This document shows positions 30,359 to 40,262 of a stretch of DNA of 64,000 nucleotides, piece by piece. Within the stretch, counting starts at the first letter, position 1. Each line of letters opens with the position of its first letter. Under the pieces are notes generated by a model. That model was not told the origin of the DNA. It did no database searches and saw nothing but the letters and a program-made list of their open reading frames with translations. The DNA is from Dehalococcoidia bacterium (GTDB lineage: Bacteria > Chloroflexota > Dehalococcoidia > Plut-88900). Position numbers and translations under genes: made by a program. The stretch lies in NCBI GenBank assembly GCA_965197645.1, contig OZ240219.1, forward strand, positions 320,001 through 384,000, read 5' to 3'.

Positions 30359-30414
30359 GGGTTCACGTTTCCTATCAAGGTTTCAACGCAACAACTATTG
30401 GCAGCCATCTCTCC

Positions 30415-31131
30415 TCAGCTTGCCGCGATGTCGACCGCCTCCGGCAGGGCGATGTCTCCATCGAACAGCGCCTTGCCGACAATGGCTCCCTCGACCCCGA
30501 TCTCCTTCAAGCGTACCAGATGCTCAAGGGTCGATACTCCGCCGGAGGCGATCACTGCCCCGGAAGTCAGGGCCTGGAGCTGGGCAACCGCCTCGAAGTT
30601 GGGATGCGTGAGAGTGCCGTCCCGTGATACGTCAGTGTAGATGAACCTCTGCGCGCCCAGCTTCTCCATCCGGCTTACCAACTCAATGGCCGTAATGTCG
30701 GAATCACGGGTCCACCCGGCGGTCCTGACGTAGCCGTCCTTGGCATCGACCGCTATGATCACGGACTCCCGGTACCGGCTGCAGGCCTCCCGAACAAAAT
30801 CCTCGTCCTCCACCGCGGCCGTCCCCAGTATCACCCTCTGGACTCCCGCCTCTAGATATCGCTCAAGGGTTTCCATATCCCTGACTCCACCTCCCAACTG
30901 CAGCGGAACGGTGACCTCCGCGGAGACACTTTCGACGATGGACACGACCTGCGGCGTGCCTGATACGGCGGCTTCCAGATCGACTATGTGAATCCGGGGA
31001 GCGCCCTCCCTTTGCCACCTCTGGGCCACCCCCACAGGGTCATCCGAGTAGACCCGCTCTTTGCCGAAGTCGCCCTGGTACAGCCGGACGGCCCGGCCGT
31101 TCTTCAGGTCGATGCAGGGGATCACCTCCAT
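30415..31131 (-). CDS. hisA: ProFAR isomerase
   Basis: IPCIDLKNGRAVRLYQG, QLGGGVR, TDVSRDG, ASGGV. Confidence 0.97.
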   Translation of the reverse strand: MEVIPCIDLKNGRAVRLYQGDFGKERVYSDDPVGVAQRWQREGAPRIHIVDLEAAVSGTPQVVSIVESVSAEVTVPLQLGGGVRDMETLERYLEAGVQRVILGTAAVEDEDFVREACSRYRESVIIAVDAKDGYVRTAGWTRDSDITAIELVSRMEKLGAQRFIYTDVSRDGTLTHPNFEAVAQLQALTSGAVIASGGVSTLEHLVRLKEIGVEGAIVGKALFDGDIALPEAVDIAAS

Positions 31132-31754
31132 TGCCGGCCCCTGATCCAGTACTTGACGAAGTTATCATACAGATGCAGTCCCAAATCTCCGCTCTTCTCC
31201 GGGTGAAAGAGGGTGGCGACCAGATTATCTCGGGCCACGGCAGTGCAAAAGGTGGCGCCATACTCCGTCTCACCGATGGTTACCGATGGGTCGCTGGGGT
31301 TGGGATAGTAGCTGTGTACGAAGTAGAAGTTCGATTTATCGGGCACGCCCTCGAAAAGAGGGCAAGTCCCCTTCTGAATCACCTGGTTCCATCCCATGTG
31401 GGGCACCTTCAGGCCCTGGGGCAGCCGTTGTACCCGACCAGGCAACACGCCCAGGCACTCCTGGTCCCTCTCGTCCGAGAAATCGAACAGCACCTGCAGC
31501 CCCATACAGACCCCGAAGAACGGCCCTCCGTCTGCGATGTACTTGAGCAGGGGATCGATGAGGCCCCGAGATTGGAGGCCGTTCATGGTGGCCTCCGCGG
31601 CGCCCTGGCCCGGAAGCACCACCGCATCGGCGGCGCCTATGTCGTCGGCTGAACCGGACACAACCGCAGTGTGGCCCAATTTCTCGAAGGCCTTGGCCAC
31701 GCTCCGAAGATTGCTGGCCCCATAGTCCAGTACCAGGACTCTTACATTACTCAA
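31122..31754 (-). CDS. hisH: Imidazole glycerol phosphate synthase glutaminase subunit
   Basis: DYGASNLRSV, GVCMG, PHMGWN, YFVHSY, FHPEKSG. Confidence 0.97.
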   Translation of the reverse strand: MSNVRVLVLDYGASNLRSVAKAFEKLGHTAVVSGSADDIGAADAVVLPGQGAAEATMNGLQSRGLIDPLLKYIADGGPFFGVCMGLQVLFDFSDERDQECLGVLPGRVQRLPQGLKVPHMGWNQVIQKGTCPLFEGVPDKSNFYFVHSYYPNPSDPSVTIGETEYGATFCTAVARDNLVATLFHPEKSGDLGLHLYDNFVKYWIRGRQWR

Positions 31755-31771
31755 CAGGCCCTTCTCTCCTG

Positions 31772-32755
31772 CTAACCGCCGGTGGCCAGGGAATGGCCGT
31801 CCAGGAAGTCCAACAGCAGGGACTGGACATCCTCGCCGTCGTCACCGAAGAGCAAAGCGGTCCCGTGAGCCGAGCCCGCGTAGATTTTCAGCTTCTTGTT
31901 TTCGCGGGCCAGCTCGTAGAGCCTGGCGGCGTGGATGGCTGCGCTCCTGTCTTCCTCGGATACGACGATCAGCATTGGCTCGTCCACTTCGCCTATCTCC
32001 TGCTCCACGTCCAGCCCCATGAACTCCAATGGAGCGGAGATGGCGACAACCCCGTCCAGCGACTCGGTAGCCGCCAGCTTCAGCGATGCAGTGCCTCCCA
32101 TGCTGGCTCCCAGCAGAAACACCTGCTTAGCTCCACTGCTGCGTACGAAGTCCACCGCCGCTTTCGCATCTTTGCCGATTTCTTCGATGACCCTTTCGCC
32201 CTCGGACACGCCGTAGCCCCGGAAGTCCAGTGTCAATGCGGTGTAGCCCTCGTCGGCGAGCACCTGGGCGAAGGGATACCAGCTGGTCTGGTCCGAGGGG
32301 AACATGTGGAGCAAGACTACAAAGATATCACTATCCCCGAACCGACGGCCTCGCAGGAGCACCCCATCTTCCGAGGTAAAGGGTACATACACCTCGAGCG
32401 ATACCGCACCCACCAGTCCCTCATCCATCGTCGTCGTGACGGTGGCGTTTCCCGATAAGACTCCCGTTGCCAGCCCGTTTTCGTCTACTGTGATCACCGA
32501 TTCGTCGGAGCTGCTCCACGTAACACTAGTCGTCATGTCCACCCGGGTCTCATCGGCCAGCACACCTACTGCCGAGAGCTGAAGGGTCGAGTCCTCGTCT
32601 AGTACGGGGTCCAGGGGCAATACTTCCAGCGAGACAATAGCTGGATCTTGGTCCGGGCTTGGGTAAACAGGCTGGCCCTTGTCCGAAGGCGAGCACGCAA
32701 CCAGGAACGCCAGCAGGGTAATGGCCAGCGCGTGCGCGCCGAGTCTCCTACGCAC
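31772..32755 (-). CDS. Lipoprotein: bacterial Ig-like (Big_2) domain fused to an alpha/beta hydrolase
   Basis: Lipobox LVAC; VTWSSSDESVITVDENGLATGV; DFRGYG, GASMGG, AHG. Confidence 0.8.
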   Translation of the reverse strand: MRRRLGAHALAITLLAFLVACSPSDKGQPVYPSPDQDPAIVSLEVLPLDPVLDEDSTLQLSAVGVLADETRVDMTTSVTWSSSDESVITVDENGLATGVLSGNATVTTTMDEGLVGAVSLEVYVPFTSEDGVLLRGRRFGDSDIFVVLLHMFPSDQTSWYPFAQVLADEGYTALTLDFRGYGVSEGERVIEEIGKDAKAAVDFVRSSGAKQVFLLGASMGGTASLKLAATESLDGVVAISAPLEFMGLDVEQEIGEVDEPMLIVVSEEDRSAAIHAARLYELARENKKLKIYAGSAHGTALLFGDDGEDVQSLLLDFLDGHSLATGG

Positions 32756-32769
32756 TCTATCCAGGTGTT

Positions 32770-33315
32770 CTACTTGGCCGAACCCTTCTCCTCGTACCGG
32801 GCTAGGACGAAGAGTAGAGAGCTAAGCCTATTAAGGTATCTGATAATCTGATCGTTGTGGATAAGGTCTTGCTCCTTGAGCTCGACCGCCCGCCTCTCCG
32901 CCCGTCTGACGATGGTACGGGACATGTCCAACGCCGCCGCAGCGGGAGTGCCTCCGGGCATTATGAACTCGGTGGGCATCTCGACTCTAGAAGCGTAATC
33001 GTCGGTCACGTGTTCCAGCCGGTCGACCATCTCCGGGGTCACTACCCCGAAGTGTTTGAGGAGCTTGTCGTAGTGCTCTGCGGCGGTGGCCAGCTCCCCA
33101 CCCACGATGAAGGCCTCCTTCTGCAGGTCGAGAAGCAGCCGGCGCATCTCCTCGTCAGTGGAGAGGGAGCGGGCCAGCCCCATAGCGGATACGGTCTCAT
33201 CGAGGGTGCCATAGGCCTCGCAGTGGAGGTTGGCCTTGGAGACACGGCCGCCGTAGAGGAGGCCGGTCTCGCCGCTATCACCCCTTCGGGTGTACATTTT
33301 TGAGGATGCAGTCAT
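32770..33315 (-). CDS. pduO: PduO-type ATP:cob(I)alamin adenosyltransferase
   Basis: YTRRGDSGET, AYGTLDE, RTIVRRAER, YLNRLSSLLFVLAR. Confidence 0.93.
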   Translation of the reverse strand: MTASSKMYTRRGDSGETGLLYGGRVSKANLHCEAYGTLDETVSAMGLARSLSTDEEMRRLLLDLQKEAFIVGGELATAAEHYDKLLKHFGVVTPEMVDRLEHVTDDYASRVEMPTEFIMPGGTPAAAALDMSRTIVRRAERRAVELKEQDLIHNDQIIRYLNRLSSLLFVLARYEEKGSAK

Positions 33316-33381
33316 GATGGCACCGGGCCAATTATACCAAGAGCGGGTTGGGCGTGTAATGAAAACGTACGCGGAGTGAGG

Positions 33382-34341
33382 TTAGACGCCGAGGCTGTCC
33401 CGCAGCTGCTCCAGCGAGATGTTGCCGCCGCTGAGGACCAGCACCACCTTGCGCCCTTGAATTCGGTCTCTCATGTTCAGGGCGGCAGCTAGAGCGGCAG
33501 CCCCCGCGCCTTCGGCCAGGTTGTGGGTCTTCTCCAGCATCAGCACGATGGCGCGACGGATCTCGTCTTCCGTGACCAGGACGAAATCGTCCAGCTGCTC
33601 CCTCATTATTACCTGGGGTATCTCGAAGGAGGTTCGTACCGCTATTCCCTCAGCAAAGGTCTCCATGGGAGACTCCACCAACCTGCCCTCTTTCCAGGAT
33701 AGGTAGGGCGATTGGGCCTTCTCGGAGCACACGCCGATTATCGTAATCTCAGGCTTGATGCTCTTGCAGGCCAAGAGCAGGCTGGATATCAGGCCTCCTC
33801 CGCCCACCGGTGCGATCAGGATGTCGGTCTCCGGCAGCTGTTCCAGTATCTCAAGCCCCAGGGTGGCTAGACCCGCTACGAAAAAGGGTTCCTCGGCATC
33901 GTTGAACAGATAGGAGCCGCGTTCCCGAGCGATCACCTCGATGTGGTCTCTGGCCTCGTCGTAGTCGCGGCCGTGTAGGATGAGCTCCGCGCCGAAGTTC
34001 CGGATCGCCTCGGCTTTGGAGGGGTTGGGGTTGGCGGGCAGTGCCACGGTGGCCTTCACCCCGAACATCCGCCCTGCGTAGGCCACCGCTTGCCCGAAAT
34101 TACCGGAGGAGGAGACGATCACACCCTTGCTCCGTCGCTCCGCGTCCAGGTTGGCAATGGCGTTGATTCCGCCCCGTATCTTGAACGATCCGATGGGGGT
34201 GTGGTTCTCGTGTTTGACATAGACCTGGGCATCGAGAAGCTGACTCAGCCCCGTGTACTCGTGGAGGGGCGTGATCGGTAGGTACCGCCTCAGCAATCTC
34301 CGGGCGGCGAACACGTCTGCGAGGGTGGTGTTGGGATGCAT
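33382..34341 (-). CDS. Threonine/serine dehydratase family (PLP; short form without ACT domain)
   Basis: GSFKIRG, SSGNFGQ, PVGGGG, AEGAGA, LSGGN. Confidence 0.9.
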   Translation of the reverse strand: MHPNTTLADVFAARRLLRRYLPITPLHEYTGLSQLLDAQVYVKHENHTPIGSFKIRGGINAIANLDAERRSKGVIVSSSGNFGQAVAYAGRMFGVKATVALPANPNPSKAEAIRNFGAELILHGRDYDEARDHIEVIARERGSYLFNDAEEPFFVAGLATLGLEILEQLPETDILIAPVGGGGLISSLLLACKSIKPEITIIGVCSEKAQSPYLSWKEGRLVESPMETFAEGIAVRTSFEIPQVIMREQLDDFVLVTEDEIRRAIVLMLEKTHNLAEGAGAAALAAALNMRDRIQGRKVVLVLSGGNISLEQLRDSLGV

Positions 34342-34352
34342 ATGAATCGTTC

Positions 34353-35609
34353 CTAGTGGGGGACCAGCCGCTCGTCGTAGGGCGCCTGGGAGATCACTAG
34401 AGGGCCGTCTGCTGTAACGATGAGCTGCTCCTCCAGCTTCACCTGCTCCCGGCCGCCGCTCCTCCCGAAGCTGGCCTCCATGGACATCACCATGTTCTCT
34501 TGCAGCACTCCCTCGTAGTTGGTCCCGCCGTCAGGCCTATCGTCATTCAGGAAGAATATCCCCGGCCACTCGTCGGACATGCCATCGCCGTGAGCGATCA
34601 GCGGATACCTGTTGGCCTGATACTCTTCGGGCACCTCAGGCACCTTTTCGGCAAACTCTTGGAATGAGACTCCCGGCTGGAACAGAGGCAGCGATTGTTG
34701 GATGAAATCGTAGGCCCGGTGATAGGCGTCCAGCTGTTCTTCGTTGGGCTTGCCGTCGCCGCACAGGTAGGTGCGAGATATATCGGCGAAATAGCCCATG
34801 GGGCCCACCATATCCGTGTCCATGCCGACGAGATCGCCTGGCCGGATGATCCTATCGCTGGAGTTTCTCTTCAGCCAGGGATTGGTGTTGCCTCCCGCCG
34901 TCAGCTGTTTGTCGTCTATCCGCTCTCCGCCGTACCTCAGGTTGGTGTACATCAGGACGGCGAACATATCGTCCTCGGTAACGCCGGGCTCTATGGCCTG
35001 CTGTACCTCCCACAGCGACACGTCGGCTATGGCGCAGGCCTGCTTGATTAGGGCTATCTCATCGACGGTCTTCACCGCGCGGGCCATGCTCAACGGCTCG
35101 AGGGCGTCGTCCAGCCGGACGCCGTTATCTTCGAGGGCATGCATAGTGAGGGCGTCGAGACGATCGACACCCACCTTCTCGTTGGCCGCACCCATCTCCT
35201 CGAGACTGGCCTTCAGCTCCGCGGCCCATTGCTTGATGTTGCCCCGGGTGTGGCTGCCGGTGGACCAGAACTCGATGGAGATGGCGTGCCGCCGGTGGAT
35301 GTCGTCTCCGAGCACCACGTCCTCCAACTCGTTGCCGTTGAACAGGATTGGCTTGCCTTCCACCGGCACCAGTGCGTGGCGGGCCTTGAACCGGAGGCCG
35401 AAGTTCTCCATGAGCCGTGTGCCGGTAGCATACCGGACGTTGGTAGGATCGAAGAGGAGCACCGAGCCCAGGTCCTGCTTGGCCATCTCGGCCTGCAGCC
35501 TTTGGATCCGCTCTCTCCGCAGCCGTTCGATGTCGACCCGCTCTTCAAAGTCGACAGCGTGGACGCCCAGTAGGTCCTTCTGGTGTATGCCGTTGACGTC
35601 TTCAGCCAT
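34353..35609 (-). CDS. M24 family protein, DddP (DMSP lyase)-like, paralog 1
   Basis: LLFDPTNVRYATG, GGNTNPW, DTDMVGPMGYFADISRT, RYP..AHGDGMSDEWP, VKLEEQ. Confidence 0.8.
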   Translation of the reverse strand: MAEDVNGIHQKDLLGVHAVDFEERVDIERLRRERIQRLQAEMAKQDLGSVLLFDPTNVRYATGTRLMENFGLRFKARHALVPVEGKPILFNGNELEDVVLGDDIHRRHAISIEFWSTGSHTRGNIKQWAAELKASLEEMGAANEKVGVDRLDALTMHALEDNGVRLDDALEPLSMARAVKTVDEIALIKQACAIADVSLWEVQQAIEPGVTEDDMFAVLMYTNLRYGGERIDDKQLTAGGNTNPWLKRNSSDRIIRPGDLVGMDTDMVGPMGYFADISRTYLCGDGKPNEEQLDAYHRAYDFIQQSLPLFQPGVSFQEFAEKVPEVPEEYQANRYPLIAHGDGMSDEWPGIFFLNDDRPDGGTNYEGVLQENMVMSMEASFGRSGGREQVKLEEQLIVTADGPLVISQAPYDERLVPH

Positions 35610-35797
35610 TTGAAGCCTCCAATGGGGAACATCGGGACAAAACCATACGACCTTCTCTGTTATAAGATTCGGGGACGGGCCCCGGGTTGCATCCGCGCGG
35701 CCCACCGTCATACCTGCCATTCAACGGAGAATCCCTGAACCCGTTCAGTAACGGGCCTGTTCAGGACATTTCTAGTTCATGGGCCCTGCTCATCAGC

Positions 35798-36916
35798 CTA
35801 GTTCATCGGAAAGTTGTACAGCCGCGCCGCGTTTTCGAAAACTATCTTCCTCTTCTGCTCTTCCGGCACGTCCTTGAACTGGCGCTCTATGGCTTCCTGG
35901 CTGTGGGGAAAGGTGCCCTCGTCGTGGGGATAGTCGCTGCCCCACATCAGACAGTCGTCGCCGGTGAGGCCTATGTTGTTGATGCCCGCCTCGTCATCCT
36001 GGAAGGTGAAGCGCACCTGCCGCTTGATCTGCTCGCTGGGCAGCGTTTCCGATTCCTTCTGACCGAACTGCCTGCCTATATCGGTCATCTGGTCTATCCG
36101 GTTGAACAGCCAGGCCAACCATCCGATATCACACTCGACGAACGCTATGGGCATACCAGGGTGACGCTCCAACATACCGCTTCCCACGATGGTGCACAGC
36201 GTCTCCATCGGTTCTATGGAGATGCTGACCGCGCCGAAAAGGGTTACATTCAAGCTCTGGATCGAGTGCCAGTCGTCGGTCTCAGGCTTGCTGATGGTAC
36301 TGACGTGGAAGCTCACCGGCACGTGGGCCTCTTCCAGAGTACTCCAGAGAGGCTCGAAGGAGGGATCGGTGTACGGCCTCTCGGGCACTCCGAGGGGCAG
36401 CAGCGCCGCTCTGTATCCCAGCTTGACTACTCGCTGGACCTCCTCCACCGCGGCATCAACGTCCGAAGTTGGGATTAGCCCAACGGGAACGAACTTATCG
36501 GTGTACTCACCGAATATCTCGGCGTAGTAGTCGTTGTAGGTACTGCAAATCGCCGTCTGATAGACGGGATCGGGGGAGGTGAAGGCCCGAAAGATGCCCT
36601 GGGGATAGATCACCTCGGCGCTTATGCCGTCCTCTTGCAGGTCTGCCAGCCGAATCGGGATGTCCAGTCCGGCCTCCCGCCCGTAACCCGCCGTAAGCTC
36701 CTCACCACCCCTGAACTCCCGCCTCTTGGCCTCCTCCGTCAGAGGGATGGAGGAGTCCATCGGCCTGGGAACCGAGCCTTCGGCTACCCAGTATCTTTTT
36801 CCGTCGATAACCTCGGTGTGAGGAGCTCTGTCCCGGAACTCCGCCGGCATCCGGTCCCGGATATTGTCGGGTTCGCTGGCGTGGGAGTCCGCTGAGATCA
36901 CCTTGAGCTCTGCCAT
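35798..36916 (-). CDS. Amidohydrolase_2 family protein
   Basis: ISADSH, PVSFH, ERHP, MWGSDYPH. Confidence 0.85.
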   Translation of the reverse strand: MAELKVISADSHASEPDNIRDRMPAEFRDRAPHTEVIDGKRYWVAEGSVPRPMDSSIPLTEEAKRREFRGGEELTAGYGREAGLDIPIRLADLQEDGISAEVIYPQGIFRAFTSPDPVYQTAICSTYNDYYAEIFGEYTDKFVPVGLIPTSDVDAAVEEVQRVVKLGYRAALLPLGVPERPYTDPSFEPLWSTLEEAHVPVSFHVSTISKPETDDWHSIQSLNVTLFGAVSISIEPMETLCTIVGSGMLERHPGMPIAFVECDIGWLAWLFNRIDQMTDIGRQFGQKESETLPSEQIKRQVRFTFQDDEAGINNIGLTGDDCLMWGSDYPHDEGTFPHSQEAIERQFKDVPEEQKRKIVFENAARLYNFPMN

Positions 36917-36931
36917 GACATCACTCCTTGG

Positions 36932-38203
36932 CTAGCCGAAAAAGCGCCCGTCGTAAGGGGCTTTGGAAAGGAGCTCGGGGCCATCCTTGGTTATCAGCAC
37001 CTGCTCCTCCAGCTTGACGCTCTCCCGTGCCCCCTCCTTGCTCGCCAGCCCCTCGATGCACATCACCATCCCCTCTTCCAGCACATCGGGATCGTTGCCG
37101 AACCCGCTCCAGCTGGCGTCGGGCCAGTAGATGGTGGGCCACTCGTCGGACATTCCCGCGCCGTGGGAGATCATCGGGTAGCGCTGGTTCTTGTACTCTT
37201 CGGGATACTCGGGACACTTCTCGGCGATCTCCTGGAACTCCACGCCCGGCACGAACAGGGGCATCGACTCGTATATGAAATTGTAGCCGAGCTTGTAAGC
37301 CTCAAGCTGCTCGGCGTTGGGCTTGTAGACCGAGTTGTCGCCGTAGGGGCAGAGGTAGGTCCGCGAGAAGTCGGCGAAGTAGCCCATAGGCCCGGCCATA
37401 TCGGTATCGTAGGCCACCAGGTCTCCCGGCCGGACTATCCGGTCGCTGGCGGAGCCGGTCCAGGGGTTGGTGTTGCCTCCGGCGGTGAGCAGCCTGGCGT
37501 CCATGTGCTCGCCGCCGTAGGCTATGTTGGTAGCCGTCAGGACGGAGAACAGCTCCTCCTCGGTTACACCCGGCTTGATGGCGTCCCTGGTCTTGGTAAT
37601 GGCGATGTCCGCCACCGCGCACGCCTGCTTTACCAGCGATATCTCGTCCACGGTCTTGATGGCCCTGGCCCTCTCCAACGGTATCCGGCCGTCGGCTAGC
37701 GGGATCTCCTGGGCCCGGAGAGATTCCATGCTGTAGAAGTCCAGCTTATCGAAGCCCAACCGCTCGCCGGCTATGCCCAGCTTGTTCATTATCTCCTTCA
37801 CGTCCTCACCCCACAGGCGGGCGGCCTCCTCCACGTTTCGACCACAGGGGAAGAAATCCCAGAACGCGCCCTTCTTCCTTCGCCACCCGGCCTCCGGCCA
37901 TCCGCCGTTGTAGTCCACCGGCGATTCGTCCAGGCTCTCGCTGGAGACGTGGGGCTGCCCCTCCTGGGGCACGATGGCGTAGTCCAGCATGAATCTCATG
38001 GAGAACACCCCGGCGTTTCGAACTGCCGTGGCATACCTTATGTTGACGGGATCAAACAGGAGCAGTCCCCCGAGGTTTGCCTTGGCCATCTGGGCCTGGA
38101 GACGTTCCAGTCGTTCCCTTTTGAGACGGGACATGTCCACCCGCTCATCGAAGTCCACGATGTTCTGGCCCAACAGATCGCGCTCGTGACCTAACTTGAC
38201 CAT
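36932..38203 (-). CDS. M24 family protein, DddP-like, paralog 2
   Basis: LLFDPVNIRYAT, RLLTAGGNTNPW, DTDMAGPMGYFADFSRT, RYP..SHGAGMSDEWP, CIEG, VKLEEQ. Confidence 0.8.
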   Translation of the reverse strand: MVKLGHERDLLGQNIVDFDERVDMSRLKRERLERLQAQMAKANLGGLLLFDPVNIRYATAVRNAGVFSMRFMLDYAIVPQEGQPHVSSESLDESPVDYNGGWPEAGWRRKKGAFWDFFPCGRNVEEAARLWGEDVKEIMNKLGIAGERLGFDKLDFYSMESLRAQEIPLADGRIPLERARAIKTVDEISLVKQACAVADIAITKTRDAIKPGVTEEELFSVLTATNIAYGGEHMDARLLTAGGNTNPWTGSASDRIVRPGDLVAYDTDMAGPMGYFADFSRTYLCPYGDNSVYKPNAEQLEAYKLGYNFIYESMPLFVPGVEFQEIAEKCPEYPEEYKNQRYPMISHGAGMSDEWPTIYWPDASWSGFGNDPDVLEEGMVMCIEGLASKEGARESVKLEEQVLITKDGPELLSKAPYDGRFFG

Positions 38204-38278
38204 AGAGCTACCTCCCTCGGGTTAAAGGTATTCCTGGGAGTCGAGAACGGGGTCATTATACCCGTACCTCAGGCACGC

Positions 38279-40249
38279 CTACAACTCCACGCCCACCTCA
38301 TGGCCCTCCACCGTAGCCACTTCTATGTCCCTGGGTTGAAAGCTATCTCCGATGTGACGCAGCTCTTCCACCACGCCTCTGAGCCGGTGGTAGAGCCCGT
38401 CTTCAGCCACCCCTCCGGCAGCGAGGACAACCGTGTCCACGTTGCGGATGTACCTGGGCTCCCAGGTTACGGTGTTGTATACGTACAACGAGTCCTCCAG
38501 CACCTCGAACACGCCGGTAAAGGGGGTCAGGACCACACCCCTTTTCATCAGGTTTTCGGTCATGTGGTGCCACACCGGCGGCGGAATCTCCCGCCCGACA
38601 TACTGCAGTCCCGTGACGATCTCCACCTGCTTTCCCATCTCCGCCAGGTACTCTCCGACCACGGAGCCTTCGGGTCTGCCCTGGGTGTCCACAACGACTA
38701 CCCTATCCCCCATCTCGGCCGTGCCCGTGAGCACGTCCCAAGTGCTTACCACGTTCCTCCCATCTATCCCGGGAATCGAAGGACGGTAAGGGGTGGAGCC
38801 GGTGGCGATGATCACCGAGTCCGGCTTCTCCGCCAGGACGTCGTCTACGTCGGCTTCACAAGAGGTCCTTACTTCGACGCCCAGCTTGGGCAGCTGCCGC
38901 TCGAAGAAGAGAATGATCTCCTCGAAGCTGTCGCGCTTGGGTGTCTTCATCACCAGGTTTATCTGTCCTCCAAGCCGCTTCGCCTTCTCGAACAACACGA
39001 CGTGGTGACCCCGCTCTGCGGCTACCCGGGCCGCCTCCATCCCCGCCGGTCCTCCTCCTACAACCACCACCTTCTTCCTCTCGACGGCCGGCGCTACCTC
39101 CGCCCACTCCCGCTCTCTGCCGGTGACCGGATTGTAGATGCAGCTCACACCAAGGCCGAGATAGACGTGACCCGCACAGCTCTGCGTGCAACCGATGCAG
39201 TAGCGGATGTCTTCGGCCCGGCCCTCCTTGGCCTTGTTGGGCAGATGGGGGTCGGCTATCAGGGCCTTCACCATGCCGACCAGGTCCATCTTGCCCTCTA
39301 CAAGTATCTGCTCCGCCGTGGCCGGCGAGTCTATCCGCCCCACTCCTATCACAGGCAAGCTTACGACCTCCTTGACCCCGGCGGCCAGGTAGGCGAACTG
39401 GCCCGGCTCGTAGTAGTGGGGGGCCCAGTGGACACGGCCGCTTCGCAGGTCGGCCACGGCGCCCAGCCACACGTTGAAATAGTCCAGCATTCCAGTGGAC
39501 TCCAGCAACGGGGCTATGAACTTGAGATCGTCCAGGTCCAGGCTGTAGTCAACGCGATCATCGTACATACGGACGCCTAGCAGCAGGTCCGGCCCCAGAG
39601 CCTTGCGCACCGTATCCATGATCTCATAGAGGAAGGTCATCCGTTCCTCCAGGGTATTGCCGCCGTACCTGTCGGTGCGAAGGTTGCTCGACTCAGCTAG
39701 GAACTGGGCGACGAGATAACCCATTCCCACGGTGATCTCCACCCCGTCCATCCCACCTTCCCGCGCCCGGCGCGCCGCTGCAGCAAAGGCTCTCACGATA
39801 CCTTCCACCTCCTCGGTCTCGAGAACGTGGGGCATCAGCTGGGGAGCAGAGCTATCGGGCGCGGGCGCCGCGGAGGGCGCTACCAGGGGCCTTCCGAGGA
39901 ATCCGGCCGCGTCGGGGATGGACCTGCCCCTGTGACCCAGCTGGGCAAGGACCGGCACGTCGAACTCGTGGGCCGCCTCCGCAAACTCCCTGTACTTGGG
40001 GATGATGCGATCATCGTAGTTGGTCAGGGACATGGTCAGGTCCCCGTCTCGATACACCACCGTGTGGCCGGTGACTATCATCCCCACCCCACCCTTCGCC
40101 CGCTCCCGAACGTAGTCTATGTAGCGGTAGGTGGGCATCCCCTCGCTGGTCTGGAAGTGGGCCGCGTGCCCCGTATTGACTATCCGGTTCTTGAGGGTGT
40201 ACTTGCCCACTTTGAGGGGGCTGAATAAGTGGGGAAAGGGCTGAGACAT
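38279..40249 (-). CDS. OYE-like FMN oxidoreductase with 4Fe-4S and FAD domains (FadH/TMADH/DgcA family)
   Basis: LKNRIV, RAKGG, QLGHRG, NLRTDRYGG, CIGCTQSC..CIYNP, GGGPAGMEAA. Confidence 0.9.
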   Translation of the reverse strand: MSQPFPHLFSPLKVGKYTLKNRIVNTGHAAHFQTSEGMPTYRYIDYVRERAKGGVGMIVTGHTVVYRDGDLTMSLTNYDDRIIPKYREFAEAAHEFDVPVLAQLGHRGRSIPDAAGFLGRPLVAPSAAPAPDSSAPQLMPHVLETEEVEGIVRAFAAAARRAREGGMDGVEITVGMGYLVAQFLAESSNLRTDRYGGNTLEERMTFLYEIMDTVRKALGPDLLLGVRMYDDRVDYSLDLDDLKFIAPLLESTGMLDYFNVWLGAVADLRSGRVHWAPHYYEPGQFAYLAAGVKEVVSLPVIGVGRIDSPATAEQILVEGKMDLVGMVKALIADPHLPNKAKEGRAEDIRYCIGCTQSCAGHVYLGLGVSCIYNPVTGREREWAEVAPAVERKKVVVVGGGPAGMEAARVAAERGHHVVLFEKAKRLGGQINLVMKTPKRDSFEEIILFFERQLPKLGVEVRTSCEADVDDVLAEKPDSVIIATGSTPYRPSIPGIDGRNVVSTWDVLTGTAEMGDRVVVVDTQGRPEGSVVGEYLAEMGKQVEIVTGLQYVGREIPPPVWHHMTENLMKRGVVLTPFTGVFEVLEDSLYVYNTVTWEPRYIRNVDTVVLAAGGVAEDGLYHRLRGVVEELRHIGDSFQPRDIEVATVEGHEVGVEL

Positions 40250-40262
40250 GACTCACCTCTGT

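Noticed and set aside
38300-39580. 426-aa plus-strand ORF (similar cases at 29525-30640, 45062-46288, 5615-6580, 3853-4884)
   Set aside because: Shadow or alternate-frame ORFs overlapping well-supported genes
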